Below are positions 1 to 10,400 of a DNA stretch of 64,000 nucleotides, piece after piece; position 1 is the first letter of the stretch, and each line of letters opens with the position of its first letter. The notes under the pieces are model-generated. The model was not told the origin of the DNA, made no database searches, and was given only the letters and a program-made list of their open reading frames with translations. The position numbers and the translations under genes are program-made. This DNA comes from Promethearchaeota archaeon (GTDB lineage Archaea > Asgardarchaeota > Lokiarchaeia > Sigyniarchaeales > SOKP01): positions 11,134-75,133 of the forward strand of contig JAHPZJ010000017.1 in the NCBI GenBank assembly GCA_019058245.1. The letters run 5' to 3'.

Positions 1-498
1 CCCCACACCCCACAACTTGGTTCTTTCAAGTTTCTACAAAAATGGGGCCTCTTTTAAAAAAAAAAATTAAAAATTAAAAATTTTTTTATTTTTTTTTTTT
101 TTTTTTTTTTCATCCATCATCTTTATGATAAAAGAACAATAAAGAAATTATTTTGATTTATAAAATTAAATATTTTCATGGATTTTGAAAAATTCTTCAC
201 TTTTTAATAGTTTTAATTTCATAAACTAAATTGTTTTCCAAAATGAGGAAAATAATATCCTTTATCATTATAGTCGATTTTAAATCATATATTTTATCTA
301 CTATAATCTTTTCATTTATTAGATATCAAATTAGATCCTAATGATACTTTTTATAAAAAGCAAGAATACTAAATTATAAAATTATTTTACGAGGTTTCTC
401 ATAAAGGAAATACATAAATTAAAAGTCAAGTTTAATTAATTTATATCTAATTATTGTTATAACAATTTGAAATCATCTAACTAAATATAATATCTAAA

Positions 499-1545
499 GT
501 GTCTTTAATGAAATCCGTAGAATTAGCAGGGAATAAATTTGAAGTTAAAAATGGATTTCTTGATTTAAGCCTTTTAGAGATAAAAGACATTGAGGAAATA
601 CAAGGATTATCAAAGTTAAATGATTTAAAGAATTTAGAGTTAAGTTCTAATGATATATTGCATGTAAAAGGTTTAGAAAATCTAACTGACTTAGAAATAT
701 TAAATTTAGGGAATAATCAGATAATTGATATTAAAGGGTTAGAGAGTTTAGTAAACCTCAAGATATTACATCTCATAAGTAATCAAATAAAAGAGATAAA
801 AGGGTTAGAGAATTTAAGTAATTTAGAAGAATTATATTTAAGAGGTAATCAAATAAAAAATTTAGAAGGATTAGATTCTTTAAAGTCATTGAAAAGATTA
901 GATCTTTCATGGAATGAAATTACAGAAATTCAAGGATTTGAAAATTTAACAAATCTTGAAGTTTTATGGATAGCAGGAAATCAATTAAGAAAAATAAAAA
1001 ATCTCGAAAACTTAAGAAATTTAGAAGTATTGAATCTAGCAGGAAATCAGATTGACAAAATTGAAGGTTTAGATAATTTAGATAATTTAAAAAGCCTTTA
1101 TTTAAATAATAATTCAATCACAAAAATCGAAGGATTAAATTCTCTGGAACGTCTAGAAACTCTTTGGTTAAATACTAATAAGATTTCAGAGATAGGAGGA
1201 TTAGATAATTGTCAGGATTTAAGAATTTTAAATTTAAAACAGAATCATATCAAACATATTAAAGGTCTATATTCGCTTGATAATTTAGAGAATCTTTTTC
1301 TTTCAGAAAATAAAATAGGGGAGATTAAAGGGTTCGAAACATTAATAAAGTTAGAAACACTTGATTTAGGGCAAAATAAGATAATTCAAGTTAAGGGTTT
1401 AGAATCTTTAGTAAATTTAAAAGATCTATGGTTCGCAGATAATCTTATTCCTCAGAAAATACTAGATCAACTTGGAGGGCTTGATAGTGGAGGATACGCA
1501 AATGAGCCTTTAAAATTTGTTCAATATTGCATTATAAATCTATAG
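499..1545 (+). CDS. Leucine-rich repeat protein (SDS22/internalin-like 22-aa LRRs)
   Basis: About 13 repeats of LxxLxxLxLxxNxIxxIxGL; GTG start. Confidence 0.9.
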   Translation: MSLMKSVELAGNKFEVKNGFLDLSLLEIKDIEEIQGLSKLNDLKNLELSSNDILHVKGLENLTDLEILNLGNNQIIDIKGLESLVNLKILHLISNQIKEIKGLENLSNLEELYLRGNQIKNLEGLDSLKSLKRLDLSWNEITEIQGFENLTNLEVLWIAGNQLRKIKNLENLRNLEVLNLAGNQIDKIEGLDNLDNLKSLYLNNNSITKIEGLNSLERLETLWLNTNKISEIGGLDNCQDLRILNLKQNHIKHIKGLYSLDNLENLFLSENKIGEIKGFETLIKLETLDLGQNKIIQVKGLESLVNLKDLWFADNLIPQKILDQLGGLDSGGYANEPLKFVQYCIINL

Positions 1546-1657
1546 ATCATTTTTTTAATTATTTTTTCAAATAAAAACAAATAATAATAGAAATTAGGTA
1601 TTTTACATATTATTAGTAATTTTAATTTTAAATTCGATTTTTAAAAGGTAAATTCTT

Positions 1658-2908
1658 ATGGGATTAAGTGCATTTGAAGTAGCAAAAAAGCAAATAGATA
1701 TTGTATCCAAAGAAATGGGACTGCATCCTAACTTAAATAAATATCTTAAAAGGGTAGAACGTGCATTAATAGTAACTATTCCTATTAAGATGGATGATGG
1801 GTCTCTTGAGATGTTCGAAGGTTATAGAGTTCATCATAGTACAGTTAGAGGTCCTGGGAAAGGAGGCATAAGATTTTCTCCTGAAGTAAATTTAGATGAA
1901 GTTAAGGCTTTAGCTACGTGGATGACTTGGAAATGTAGTCTTTTAAACTTACCATTAGGTGGCGCTAAAGGAGGAGTATGTGTAGACCCTCGAAAATTAT
2001 CTAAAGGCGAATTAGAACGTCTTACGAGGAGATATACCTCTGAAATAATTAATATTATTGGACCTGATATCGATATTCCTGCTCCAGATGTTAATACTAA
2101 TGCGCAGATTATGGCTTGGATTATGGATACTTACTCAATGAATAAAGGAAGGTCTATCCCAGGTGTTGTTACTGGTAAACCTGTAGAAATAGGAGGATCT
2201 GTGGGTAGAGAACCAGCAACAGGAATGGGTTTGTTTTTTAACTTAGAAGCTATATGTAAGAAAAAAAACTTAGATTTAAAATCACAAAGTATTGTTATCC
2301 AAGGTTTTGGTAATGTTGGTGGTACAATTGCTGAAATATTATTTAAAGAAGGATGCAAAATACTGGCAGTTTCAGACATATCTGGAGGTTTATTTTATAA
2401 TATGGGTTTAGAGATTGATAAATTATTACAATGGACTAAAGATGGCAATTATTTAAAAGATTATAAAGATGAGAGATATAATATTATAACCAACGATGAA
2501 TTACTTACAACTGAATGTGATATTTTAATTCCGGCTGCTCTTGAAAATCAGATAACTCAAAAAAATGCAAAAAATGTAAAATGTAAAGTCATTATAGAAG
2601 GAGCAAATGGACCTATAACACCTGAAGCAGATAAAATATTATTTGAAAAAGGAATTCCTGTGGTTCCAGATATTCTTGCTAATGCTGGAGGTGTTTGCGT
2701 CTCATATTTTGAATATGTTCAGGATATTCATGCTTATTTTTGGGAATTAGATCGGATTAATCAAGAGCTAAAAAAAATAATTTTAACTGCATTTGAGGAA
2801 GTATTTAAAATATCGCAAGAAAGAAATATTTCACTTCGAACAGCTGCTTATGTAATAGCTGTATCGAGAATAGCAAAAGCTATTGAATTACGAGGGATAT
2901 TTCCTTAA
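1658..2908 (+). CDS. gdhA: Glu/Leu/Phe/Val dehydrogenase, probably glutamate dehydrogenase
   Basis: GPGKGGIRF, MTWKC, GGAKGG, PAPDVNT, QGFGNVG, EGANGP and NAGGV motifs. Confidence 0.92.
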   Translation: MGLSAFEVAKKQIDIVSKEMGLHPNLNKYLKRVERALIVTIPIKMDDGSLEMFEGYRVHHSTVRGPGKGGIRFSPEVNLDEVKALATWMTWKCSLLNLPLGGAKGGVCVDPRKLSKGELERLTRRYTSEIINIIGPDIDIPAPDVNTNAQIMAWIMDTYSMNKGRSIPGVVTGKPVEIGGSVGREPATGMGLFFNLEAICKKKNLDLKSQSIVIQGFGNVGGTIAEILFKEGCKILAVSDISGGLFYNMGLEIDKLLQWTKDGNYLKDYKDERYNIITNDELLTTECDILIPAALENQITQKNAKNVKCKVIIEGANGPITPEADKILFEKGIPVVPDILANAGGVCVSYFEYVQDIHAYFWELDRINQELKKIILTAFEEVFKISQERNISLRTAAYVIAVSRIAKAIELRGIFP

Positions 2909-3051
2909 TCTTTTTATACTAAAAAAAATTCAAAAATTAACTAAGATAAAAATTTTATTTAATATTATTATTGTTATCAAGCTTTATGTTAAATTATTCT
3001 GTAATATTTTAATTTTAATAAAAATTTTTTAATTTCATTAAATAAATAATC

Positions 3052-3333
3052 TTGATCATGAAAGTAAAATTAGTTATGATTATTCTCTGTTCTTTTATTG
3101 GAGGAATATTTATTACTTTGATTACCGGAATTTTAGCCTATCCAAAAGATAATCTCATTGGAGCCGAGAAATGGGGTTTTCCGTTCTATTGGCTAAGTCG
3201 ACCCGTTTATCCCGGAGCAGAAAAAGTAATTAATTGGGCAAATTTATTAATAGATTTTTTTATATGGATTATTTTAACGTTTATGATTATTTATCTAGTA
3301 AATTTTTTCTTCTCAAAAGTAAAAAAAAAGTAA
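3052..3333 (+). CDS. Small membrane protein with two TM helices
   Basis: Two hydrophobic segments around a WGFPFYW loop; basic C-terminus. Confidence 0.7.
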   Translation: MIMKVKLVMIILCSFIGGIFITLITGILAYPKDNLIGAEKWGFPFYWLSRPVYPGAEKVINWANLLIDFFIWIILTFMIIYLVNFFFSKVKKK

Positions 3334-3394
3334 AAAAAATGATTAAATATATAATTAATCTGTCCGTTTAAAGATTTGAAATAATAGATTATTA

Positions 3395-3823
3395 TTAATC
3401 TCCAAGTTCACTTAATGCTTCCATTATCATTGCAGTAAGTTCACCATAAGTTATTGCATCTTGAAGGTTCCCTTCAATTTGCAAATCTCCACTCATATAA
3501 GCACTAGTACCATCAAGCTCACCAGAAGCCATTCCTGCCCATGCACTAGTTGAAGCTTTCATTGTTGCGCTTGGATTATCAATTTCACCCTCACCATAAT
3601 CTACTTGCCCTTCTCCAAATTTTAACCAATACTTATAATCCGCATCAGTAACTACAAATTGAACGACTGTAAGGTCAATATCTTCAATTTCTTCTTTAAT
3701 GTCTTCATCTTCTTGAGCTAGTTGTTTTAAAGCTTCTGCATATAAGAGAGCATCAGAAGGTTTTCTTTCAACTTGACCTTCTTGTATTGCTTTTAATTTT
3801 TCAAGCAAATCATTACTAACCAT
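3395..3823 (-). CDS. SCP2 sterol/lipid-binding domain protein
   Basis: C-terminal GELDGTSAYMSGDLQIEGNL matches the SCP2 signature. Confidence 0.85.
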   Translation of the reverse strand: MVSNDLLEKLKAIQEGQVERKPSDALLYAEALKQLAQEDEDIKEEIEDIDLTVVQFVVTDADYKYWLKFGEGQVDYGEGEIDNPSATMKASTSAWAGMASGELDGTSAYMSGDLQIEGNLQDAITYGELTAMIMEALSELGD

Positions 3824-4043
3824 TTTTTAATTCTACCCTTTTTTTATCAATATCATATATCTTTAATTTAAAGATGATTAGTTTAATTTTGAATATATTA
3901 AAAGTTTTTATTTGTTGTATATGTAAAATCAAGTGGTAAAGAAATGAATAATATATCTAAAAAGGAAATTAACTTATTTTTTTAGAATTTATTTGAAAAT
4001 TAAGAAATAATTTAAAAAAAGAATAAAAATTTGAAATTAAAAT

Positions 4044-5153
4044 TTATAAACTTTCACCATTTACATCTATACTACCAGTTGAAGCGGTCAAACTTAATGT
4101 GTATGTATTAGTTGCTGAATTATAATCATTCGAAGTAATTATTTTACTTTTAGAACCCCCCATTTCAATAAATCCTCCAGAACCTATAGGATCATAATCA
4201 ACAGAACCCGTTGATGTTGAACCTGTGAATTGAGCTCCAATATTTGCTGAATTGTCTTTATAATAAACATCAATACTCCCTGTAGATGTTCTTATAGCCC
4301 CTTTAACGTTAGCATTTATTTCAGTATTTTGGATAATATTAACATCAATACTCCCTGTAGAAGTACGCAGTTCCCAATTATCATTAATAGAATATTTCAT
4401 ATTAAAGCTATTGAAATTTATTGATCCCGTAGAGGTTGTTCCAACTAAATGCCTTCCAATAAAAGAATTAGAAAAATTCAATCTAATAGAACCTGTTGAA
4501 GTGAACGCGCCCAAACTTTGAGTAAAATTAATTTGATTAGCATATAAGGCAACAGAACCCGTATTTGTCGAAATTTCAACGTCACCTAAAAATTTTGTAT
4601 TTTTAGCTGCATTTAATGAAACAGAGCCTGTAGAAGTTGATAGTATTGTATTATTAAGAATGCTATTAGGCGGAATATCCATTCTTATTGACCCCGTACT
4701 AGCTTGAGTATTAAGATCGTATATTACATCTGATCTGAGTGTTAAATTAATTTTAACTCGCTGAGAAATGCTGAATGTTAACCAAGTGGATGCCTTTGCA
4801 TCCAATATGAATGAGATCTCTTGTGTGCTTTGATTTTGCCATATTATAGGATAGAAAAAATCTTGAAATGATTTGCCATCAACTAACATTCCTTTTATTC
4901 GAATATCCAAATCTATTTTTGCGTAATAATCGGTTGGTGTTTTATTATAATTAATGTTTATAGATCCAATATCAGAATTAACATTTATTCGTTCGATTGT
5001 AGAAGGAGTTATAGGAGTATAATAATAAGTATTTTTATAGGGTAATTCGCCCCATGTACTCAATATTAAAAAACCAAACGCAGTTCCTCCAGAGACTATA
5101 CATATAGAAACAATAATTAAAAGAATTCTATTACTTTTTTTCAAATAGATCAC
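4044..5153 (-). CDS. Membrane-anchored DUF4097/adhesin-like beta-solenoid protein
   Basis: N-terminal TM helix and repeated (T/S)STGS(I/V) motifs. Confidence 0.75.
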   Translation of the reverse strand: MIYLKKSNRILLIIVSICIVSGGTAFGFLILSTWGELPYKNTYYYTPITPSTIERINVNSDIGSININYNKTPTDYYAKIDLDIRIKGMLVDGKSFQDFFYPIIWQNQSTQEISFILDAKASTWLTFSISQRVKINLTLRSDVIYDLNTQASTGSIRMDIPPNSILNNTILSTSTGSVSLNAAKNTKFLGDVEISTNTGSVALYANQINFTQSLGAFTSTGSIRLNFSNSFIGRHLVGTTSTGSINFNSFNMKYSINDNWELRTSTGSIDVNIIQNTEINANVKGAIRTSTGSIDVYYKDNSANIGAQFTGSTSTGSVDYDPIGSGGFIEMGGSKSKIITSNDYNSATNTYTLSLTASTGSIDVNGESL

Positions 5154-5348
5154 ATCATTAAAATGTTTTTAACTTAAGTTAACACAATTTATACAGATAT
5201 ATAAATTAACTTTAGACTGATTTTTGATTTTTTATTTAATAACTTGAACTATGATTTAATAAGATTCTTTCAATCTTCTTCGTCTAATTACAACCCAATT
5301 ATCAAAAAGGATTAAGAAATTTTAAAAAAAAGTTCAAATTTAAGGTAT

Positions 5349-6440
5349 TTAACTACTTTGTCCATTTATATTTATATTTCCTGTTGTAGTTGTTAAGTCA
5401 AATCTAAAAGTATAATTCGCACTACTGTAATCAAGTGAACTAAATTGAGTTAATCCAACATTTTCAAATCCTCCTGAATTGATTGGACTGAATTGGCCTG
5501 TAGTTGTTGTGCCTATAAATGTAGCTCCTATAACAGATGAAGAATCCCTGTAATCAATATTGATATTTCCTGTTTTAACTATCCCGTCACAGAAGACATC
5601 TCCACCCATCTCTATATTTTGGATTATATCACAGTTAATGTTTCCTGTAGTAGTCTCAAGATCCCAGTTTACATTTGCTAAACACCTTATATTATAAGAA
5701 TTATAAATTAAATTTCCTGTCGTTACTTCAGCATCAATATTACTATTTATTAAACAACCAGAAAAGTTCAATCTAAGATTTCCCGTAGTAGCAGTGGCAA
5801 TTATATCACTTGTAAAATTTGACTTTTTTGCATACACGGATACTCCACCTGTGGTTGATTCGGCTCTTAAATCCCTAATTGCCGCTTGATCTAAATTAAT
5901 TACTGAATTGCCTGTGGTAGTCTCAATATATAAGTTATCAACAGTTACATTATTTGGAATATCATTAACCACATTACCCGTAGTAGCATACTCTTCTATT
6001 GAATATATAAGATCAGTTCTAAGAGTTACATTAACTTCAATTCGTTTTATGGAGAACCAATTGGTTGGATCTAAAGAAACTCCAGGTTTAGTTCTTAAAA
6101 TAAAACTTGTTTTATGAATCTCAGGTGAAGTATTATTATCCCATTCAATTTGGAAAAAGTCTGTTATTGATTTTCCAATCATATATGCTCCACCCATTCT
6201 GAGATTATAATCTACTTTAACTACATTTTCTGTTTCACTAGTATTATATCTAATATTGATATTTCCAATATCAGTACGTATTAGGAATGGTTCTGGAGAT
6301 CGAATTAAATCTGGAATATAAAAACGGGAACCTGAAGATGAAATTGTTCCGTAAGTTAGAAATCCAATCATGAAGAATAATCCAGTGCATGTTGCGATTA
6401 CAACTGCTAAAATTATTCCAATAATTTTAGCTCTTCCCAT
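5349..6440 (-). CDS. Membrane-anchored DUF4097/adhesin-like beta-solenoid protein (paralog)
   Basis: N-terminal TM helix and repeated TTGN(I/L/V) motifs; shares NLTLRSDVIY/NVTLRTDLIY with the neighbouring gene. Confidence 0.75.
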   Translation of the reverse strand: MGRAKIIGIILAVVIATCTGLFFMIGFLTYGTISSSGSRFYIPDLIRSPEPFLIRTDIGNINIRYNTSETENVVKVDYNLRMGGAYMIGKSITDFFQIEWDNNTSPEIHKTSFILRTKPGVSLDPTNWFSIKRIEVNVTLRTDLIYSIEEYATTGNVVNDIPNNVTVDNLYIETTTGNSVINLDQAAIRDLRAESTTGGVSVYAKKSNFTSDIIATATTGNLRLNFSGCLINSNIDAEVTTGNLIYNSYNIRCLANVNWDLETTTGNINCDIIQNIEMGGDVFCDGIVKTGNINIDYRDSSSVIGATFIGTTTTGQFSPINSGGFENVGLTQFSSLDYSSANYTFRFDLTTTTGNININGQSS

Positions 6441-6554
6441 AATTAATCAAATCACACTTTTTCTTTTATTAGATTTTTATAATTGAATAAATATTATTCA
6501 CTTTCAAATAAAAATTCCTCTAATTCTAATTAAAAAAAATTTTGCATGATAATA

Positions 6555-7463
6555 TTAGGATTCAATTTCTAAATTAAAAAAGTCAATGGCATTTTCTATT
6601 GTTTTTTCACTTACTAACTGTTGTGAAACTTTATGAGAATAAGCAATAGCTGAAATAGAATATTTCACATTTGATGGAACATTTATAGGACCTCTTTTGA
6701 ATGGGTGTTGATAATAGGAATCCGTTTCAGTAAGTAATGATTCTAATGGCGAAAATTTAGTAACTTTTCGCCACCTTTCAAACCCATAAGCAGAGCTAGG
6801 AACAGACAACATAAAACCTTGATCTGATAAGGTTTTTCCGTATTCTGCTGGCCCTGAAAAGCAATGCCACATTACTTTCTTAGGTTCTATATTAAATTCT
6901 TTTAGAATATTGAGAATCGTCTTATTTGCCGCATCTTCTTTATTAAATCTATGTTCTGGATGTTGTTTATCAAATTCATGCTTAGCAGCATTTCTAACAT
7001 GTAGAATATATGGTTTATTTAGTTCTTTTGTTAATTCAATAATTTTTCTAAATTCTTTAATTTGATCGTTTCTTTTCTCTAAAGTTTTTGCATGATGGAA
7101 ATCTAAACCAATTTCTCCAATCCCTAAATACTTTTCAGAATTATTTTGAATATAGTCAATCCAATTCCTCCATTCTGAATTGTATTTAGTTTTAGGAGTA
7201 TAAGTAACAGTTTGAGGCGCCCAGCCACATGTAAAACCAAAATTTTTATCAAATTTCTTCATAAAATTTATTATTATATTTAAGGTGTTCATATCTATAG
7301 AACTAGTAATTAAAAATTGACCCCCCATTTTGAAGTAACTCAAATATTGTTCTTTATCTGAAGGTAATTGATCATTTTTAGGACGAGGAAAAGGCAAATG
7401 GCAATGAACATCAATAAATTTAAGATTGTCTTCTGGTACTGGTATATTTTTTTTTTTCAACAC
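6555..7463 (-). CDS. tatD: TatD-family metal-dependent deoxyribonuclease
   Basis: DVHCH, GEIGLDF, LHVR, HCFSG and ETDS motifs. Confidence 0.85.
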   Translation of the reverse strand: MLKKKNIPVPEDNLKFIDVHCHLPFPRPKNDQLPSDKEQYLSYFKMGGQFLITSSIDMNTLNIIINFMKKFDKNFGFTCGWAPQTVTYTPKTKYNSEWRNWIDYIQNNSEKYLGIGEIGLDFHHAKTLEKRNDQIKEFRKIIELTKELNKPYILHVRNAAKHEFDKQHPEHRFNKEDAANKTILNILKEFNIEPKKVMWHCFSGPAEYGKTLSDQGFMLSVPSSAYGFERWRKVTKFSPLESLLTETDSYYQHPFKRGPINVPSNVKYSISAIAYSHKVSQQLVSEKTIENAIDFFNLEIES

Positions 7464-7617
7464 TAGGATTTAAATCATTACAAGTTATCAATTGTATAAT
7501 ATAGTAAAAGCTATGTTATATTATTATATAAATTGAAATTTTAATGAAAAATAAATAGTTCTCTGATAAGATTGAAGTTTCTAATTCTTTAAATAAAGTT
7601 ATTGATTTAAGAGTATT

Positions 7618-8031
7618 ATGAGTGAACAGTTAAAATCTAAACTTAAAGAGTTAGAAATGAGAAAAAAAGAATTACAACCAAAAATCGATGAGATTAATAA
7701 GAAAAGAGAAGAAGAACTTGAAAAGATTAATAAAAAATATGATCATTTGATATATGACATCAATTACACAGCACAGCAAATAGAAGATGAATTTTATAAT
7801 GATTTAATTAGTTCTTTTATCCAAATTGTTACTAGAGAATTTGATCTAAAAAGAAGTTCAGAAATGTATGAAGTATCTGAAGAATTCAAAATTTATAAAG
7901 AAGAAATTGCTCAATTTGATATCTTTCCCGAAGAATTAATCAATAAAATGCATAGAGTAATAAATGGAGAACCTATTGAGACTATTATGTATGACATTGA
8001 AAAAATTCAAAAAAAATATATGAAAACTTAG
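7618..8031 (+). CDS. Hypothetical protein with N-terminal coiled coil
   Basis: 137-aa ORF with host-like codon usage and E/K heptads. Confidence 0.7.
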   Translation: MSEQLKSKLKELEMRKKELQPKIDEINKKREEELEKINKKYDHLIYDINYTAQQIEDEFYNDLISSFIQIVTREFDLKRSSEMYEVSEEFKIYKEEIAQFDIFPEELINKMHRVINGEPIETIMYDIEKIQKKYMKT

Positions 8032-8182
8032 ACTCTATTCTGTTCTTATTTAATTTTTATTCTATTTACTAGCCTTAAAATGATATCTGACTTAATCACA
8101 TAATATTTGGATATCACTTAGATAAATATGTGTAATTGATTCTCTTGAAATAAAGAAAATTACTTTAATAGGGAATAATAAA

Positions 8183-8326
8183 ATGGAGTTATTCGAGGAA
8201 GAAGTTGAGATTTATAACTCTAAAATGCGCCTTTTAAATTGGTTATATGATGAATTGAGAATTCATTCAGAGAATTCCAAGGATATAATTAATGAAAAAG
8301 GGCAAAAATTACCATTAAACTTATAA
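8183..8326 (+). CDS. Possible 47-aa small protein (MELFEEEVEIYNSKMRLLNWLYDELRIHS...)
   Basis: ATG at 8183 after GGGAAT; amphipathic helical sequence; stop overlaps the end of the convergent pcp gene. Confidence 0.35.
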   Translation: MELFEEEVEIYNSKMRLLNWLYDELRIHSENSKDIINEKGQKLPLNL

Positions 8327-8893
8327 TTTCTTCTTTAAGTATAATTTAATGATTATTCTTATTATCATCTTAACTTTCATAAGAAGATCTATTAAGTTTC
8401 CCCTATTTGGAATATGAATAAAAATAACAGGATATTCTTTTTTTGATAAATAGAGAGACCAATAATAAAGATAATTACACAAATAATATCCAGCAAAATG
8501 AGAGAGAGAAATATTTATTTTTTTTTCAAGAATAGAATAGAGTTCATTTAAATTTAATTTGGTTTTAATCCAAGGGTAGAAGGAATATTTTATAGGTCCA
8601 AATCTAAATTTATTGTCAATATCTTTTCCCATACTAAAATTCCATCCCATTTTTTCAAGATGGAATTTATCACTTTGATGAATACCTAGAATTACTATTA
8701 ATAAAGATTTTGATGGTACTTTTGATAAAAGGTCCTTATATGTTCTAATACTTCTTTTCCAACTAACAGGTATAGTTTTTTTTACAATTGAGAAACCTTC
8801 ATTTCGAATTGAGAATCTCTTAACAATTTCACCACTCAAATTTGTATAAAATTGACCATATGGTCCAAATCCAGCTAATATTAAGGTGTTCAA
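8321..8893 (-). CDS. pcp: Pyroglutamyl peptidase I (peptidase C15) family
   Basis: AGFGPYG start motif; catalytic-like E (HLEK), C (GYYLCN) and H (FIHIP). Confidence 0.75.
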   Translation of the reverse strand: MNTLILAGFGPYGQFYTNLSGEIVKRFSIRNEGFSIVKKTIPVSWKRSIRTYKDLLSKVPSKSLLIVILGIHQSDKFHLEKMGWNFSMGKDIDNKFRFGPIKYSFYPWIKTKLNLNELYSILEKKINISLSHFAGYYLCNYLYYWSLYLSKKEYPVIFIHIPNRGNLIDLLMKVKMIIRIIIKLYLKKKL

Positions 8894-8993
8894 TTTTCTT
8901 AAGGAAAAAGGTTATAATATATATAGAGTAAAAATATAAAAAAAAAGATAACTAAGAAAGTTGTTAAATTTAGAATTTAAAATTTCTTTTCTA

Positions 8994-9410
8994 TTATGCA
9001 GCCATTTCTTTAGCTCTAGCTTTTTCTATAGCGGCTATTTCTTTTTTTAAAGCTTTAATTTCTGATTGAATTGCTTTAACACTAGCTTTCTTTTCCCCTT
9101 CAATTTCTTTCAATTTAGCATTTAAAGCTTTTTCTTTTTCACTTCTTAAAGTCTTAAGTGTTTTGGTAGCCTCTTTAGAAGCAGTAATCCTTTCTTTCTT
9201 TTTAGCATTCCATTCTGCTGCTTTGTCAATAGCTTCCTCTTTCATACTTTCTGCTTCTTTTGACTTAGCTTCAGCAGCCTGAATTTTAGGATTATATTCT
9301 TGTTCTATTCCACTTTCTGCAGAAGCCTCTTTTTTAGTAGCTTCTTCTTCAATGCGAGTTATCTCATCTTCTTTTGCACTAATTTGACCTCTAATATTTT
9401 CTTCGGACAT
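8994..9410 (-). CDS. Hypothetical all-coiled-coil protein
   Basis: A/E/K-rich 138-aa ORF with continuous helical pattern. Confidence 0.7.
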   Translation of the reverse strand: MSEENIRGQISAKEDEITRIEEEATKKEASAESGIEQEYNPKIQAAEAKSKEAESMKEEAIDKAAEWNAKKKERITASKEATKTLKTLRSEKEKALNAKLKEIEGEKKASVKAIQSEIKALKKEIAAIEKARAKEMAA

Positions 9411-9665
9411 GTAAAATCATTTTTTTTTTTTTTTTTCAATTAATTGTTAAAATATAATATATTTTTAGTTCTAATAAATCAATAGCATGTTATAATAGTG
9501 TTAGGATTGACATCCTTTTAAACTTTATATCATATTATTTTTTAGGGGTGCTATAAATTTATTGCTTTTCAGTATATCTCCTATTGTTTTATTATGATCA
9601 TCAATTATAGCAAGATCCAGATTTGTAACTGATGAATTCAACATACGCCTTATCTCTTAGCTCCA

Positions 9666-10199
9666 TTATGTTTCCTCAGTAATTGTGAATTCCCAAGCAC
9701 AAAAATAGTCTTCAGGATGTATACCTGGAGGACAAGCAATACATTTAGTCTTTATACGAGGATCTATTGTTTTAGCAAATAATCCATATTCCACTATGCC
9801 CACTGGTTTGCAAGGAAAATCTGGAAGTCCTCTACGCTTTCTAGCAGATTGAACACGGCAATTATTCATTCTGAATACACACTTATTATCATCAATCTCA
9901 ATAAATTCTTGTTTATTTATATTTGCATATACTCTGTATTTCAAGGCTTTAATCAAGGCAGGAATCCCCCCATTTTTAGGGATTTTGAATCGCTTTATGA
10001 TTCTTTTCGCTTCAATTATAGTAAATCGTTCCCATTGCTTAACATCAAGTTCTATAGCTTTTTCAAGACCATATTCCCTTTCAATGGTTTGAAACCAAGT
10101 ACCATCAATTGCGAGCCAATTCTTGGATATATCTTCAATATAATCTAATAATTCCTCTTTTGAAAGTGGTTGTAAATCTCTTCTCATAACAATTATCAC
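9666..10199 (-). CDS. DUF6125-family protein (V4R/HNOB-like fold, Cys motifs)
   Basis: WLAIDGTWF, CRVQSARKRRGLPDFPCKPVG, CIACPP and CAWEF. Confidence 0.75.
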   Translation of the reverse strand: MIIVMRRDLQPLSKEELLDYIEDISKNWLAIDGTWFQTIEREYGLEKAIELDVKQWERFTIIEAKRIIKRFKIPKNGGIPALIKALKYRVYANINKQEFIEIDDNKCVFRMNNCRVQSARKRRGLPDFPCKPVGIVEYGLFAKTIDPRIKTKCIACPPGIHPEDYFCAWEFTITEET

Positions 10200-10400
10200 T
10201 ATAAAGTAAAAATCTAATTTGGAAAATTATTTAAAATTTAAAAAGTTAAACCAAATTGATAGACAAATAGATAAAATTTTTATTATGGGAAAATGAAAAT
10301 GGTTGTTTTCAAAAGTAAAATTTAATAGCATTTTAATTTTAATTATTTTAGTATCTATTTTATCCAGAAAAGGAATTATAAAAGGAATAAATGAATAAAA

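Noticed and set aside
1-110. C-rich start followed by long A and T homopolymers that form a loose inverted repeat
   Set aside because: Low-complexity sequence at the window edge, typical of poor-quality contig ends; no support for a telomere or terminal inverted repeat.
9540-9666. Short minus-strand frame after the DUF6125 gene (MELRDKAYVEFISYKSGSCYN) ending in TGA TGA; considered as selenocysteine readthrough
   Set aside because: A TAA follows two codons later and there is no selenoprotein context or visible SECIS; at most a gene remnant.
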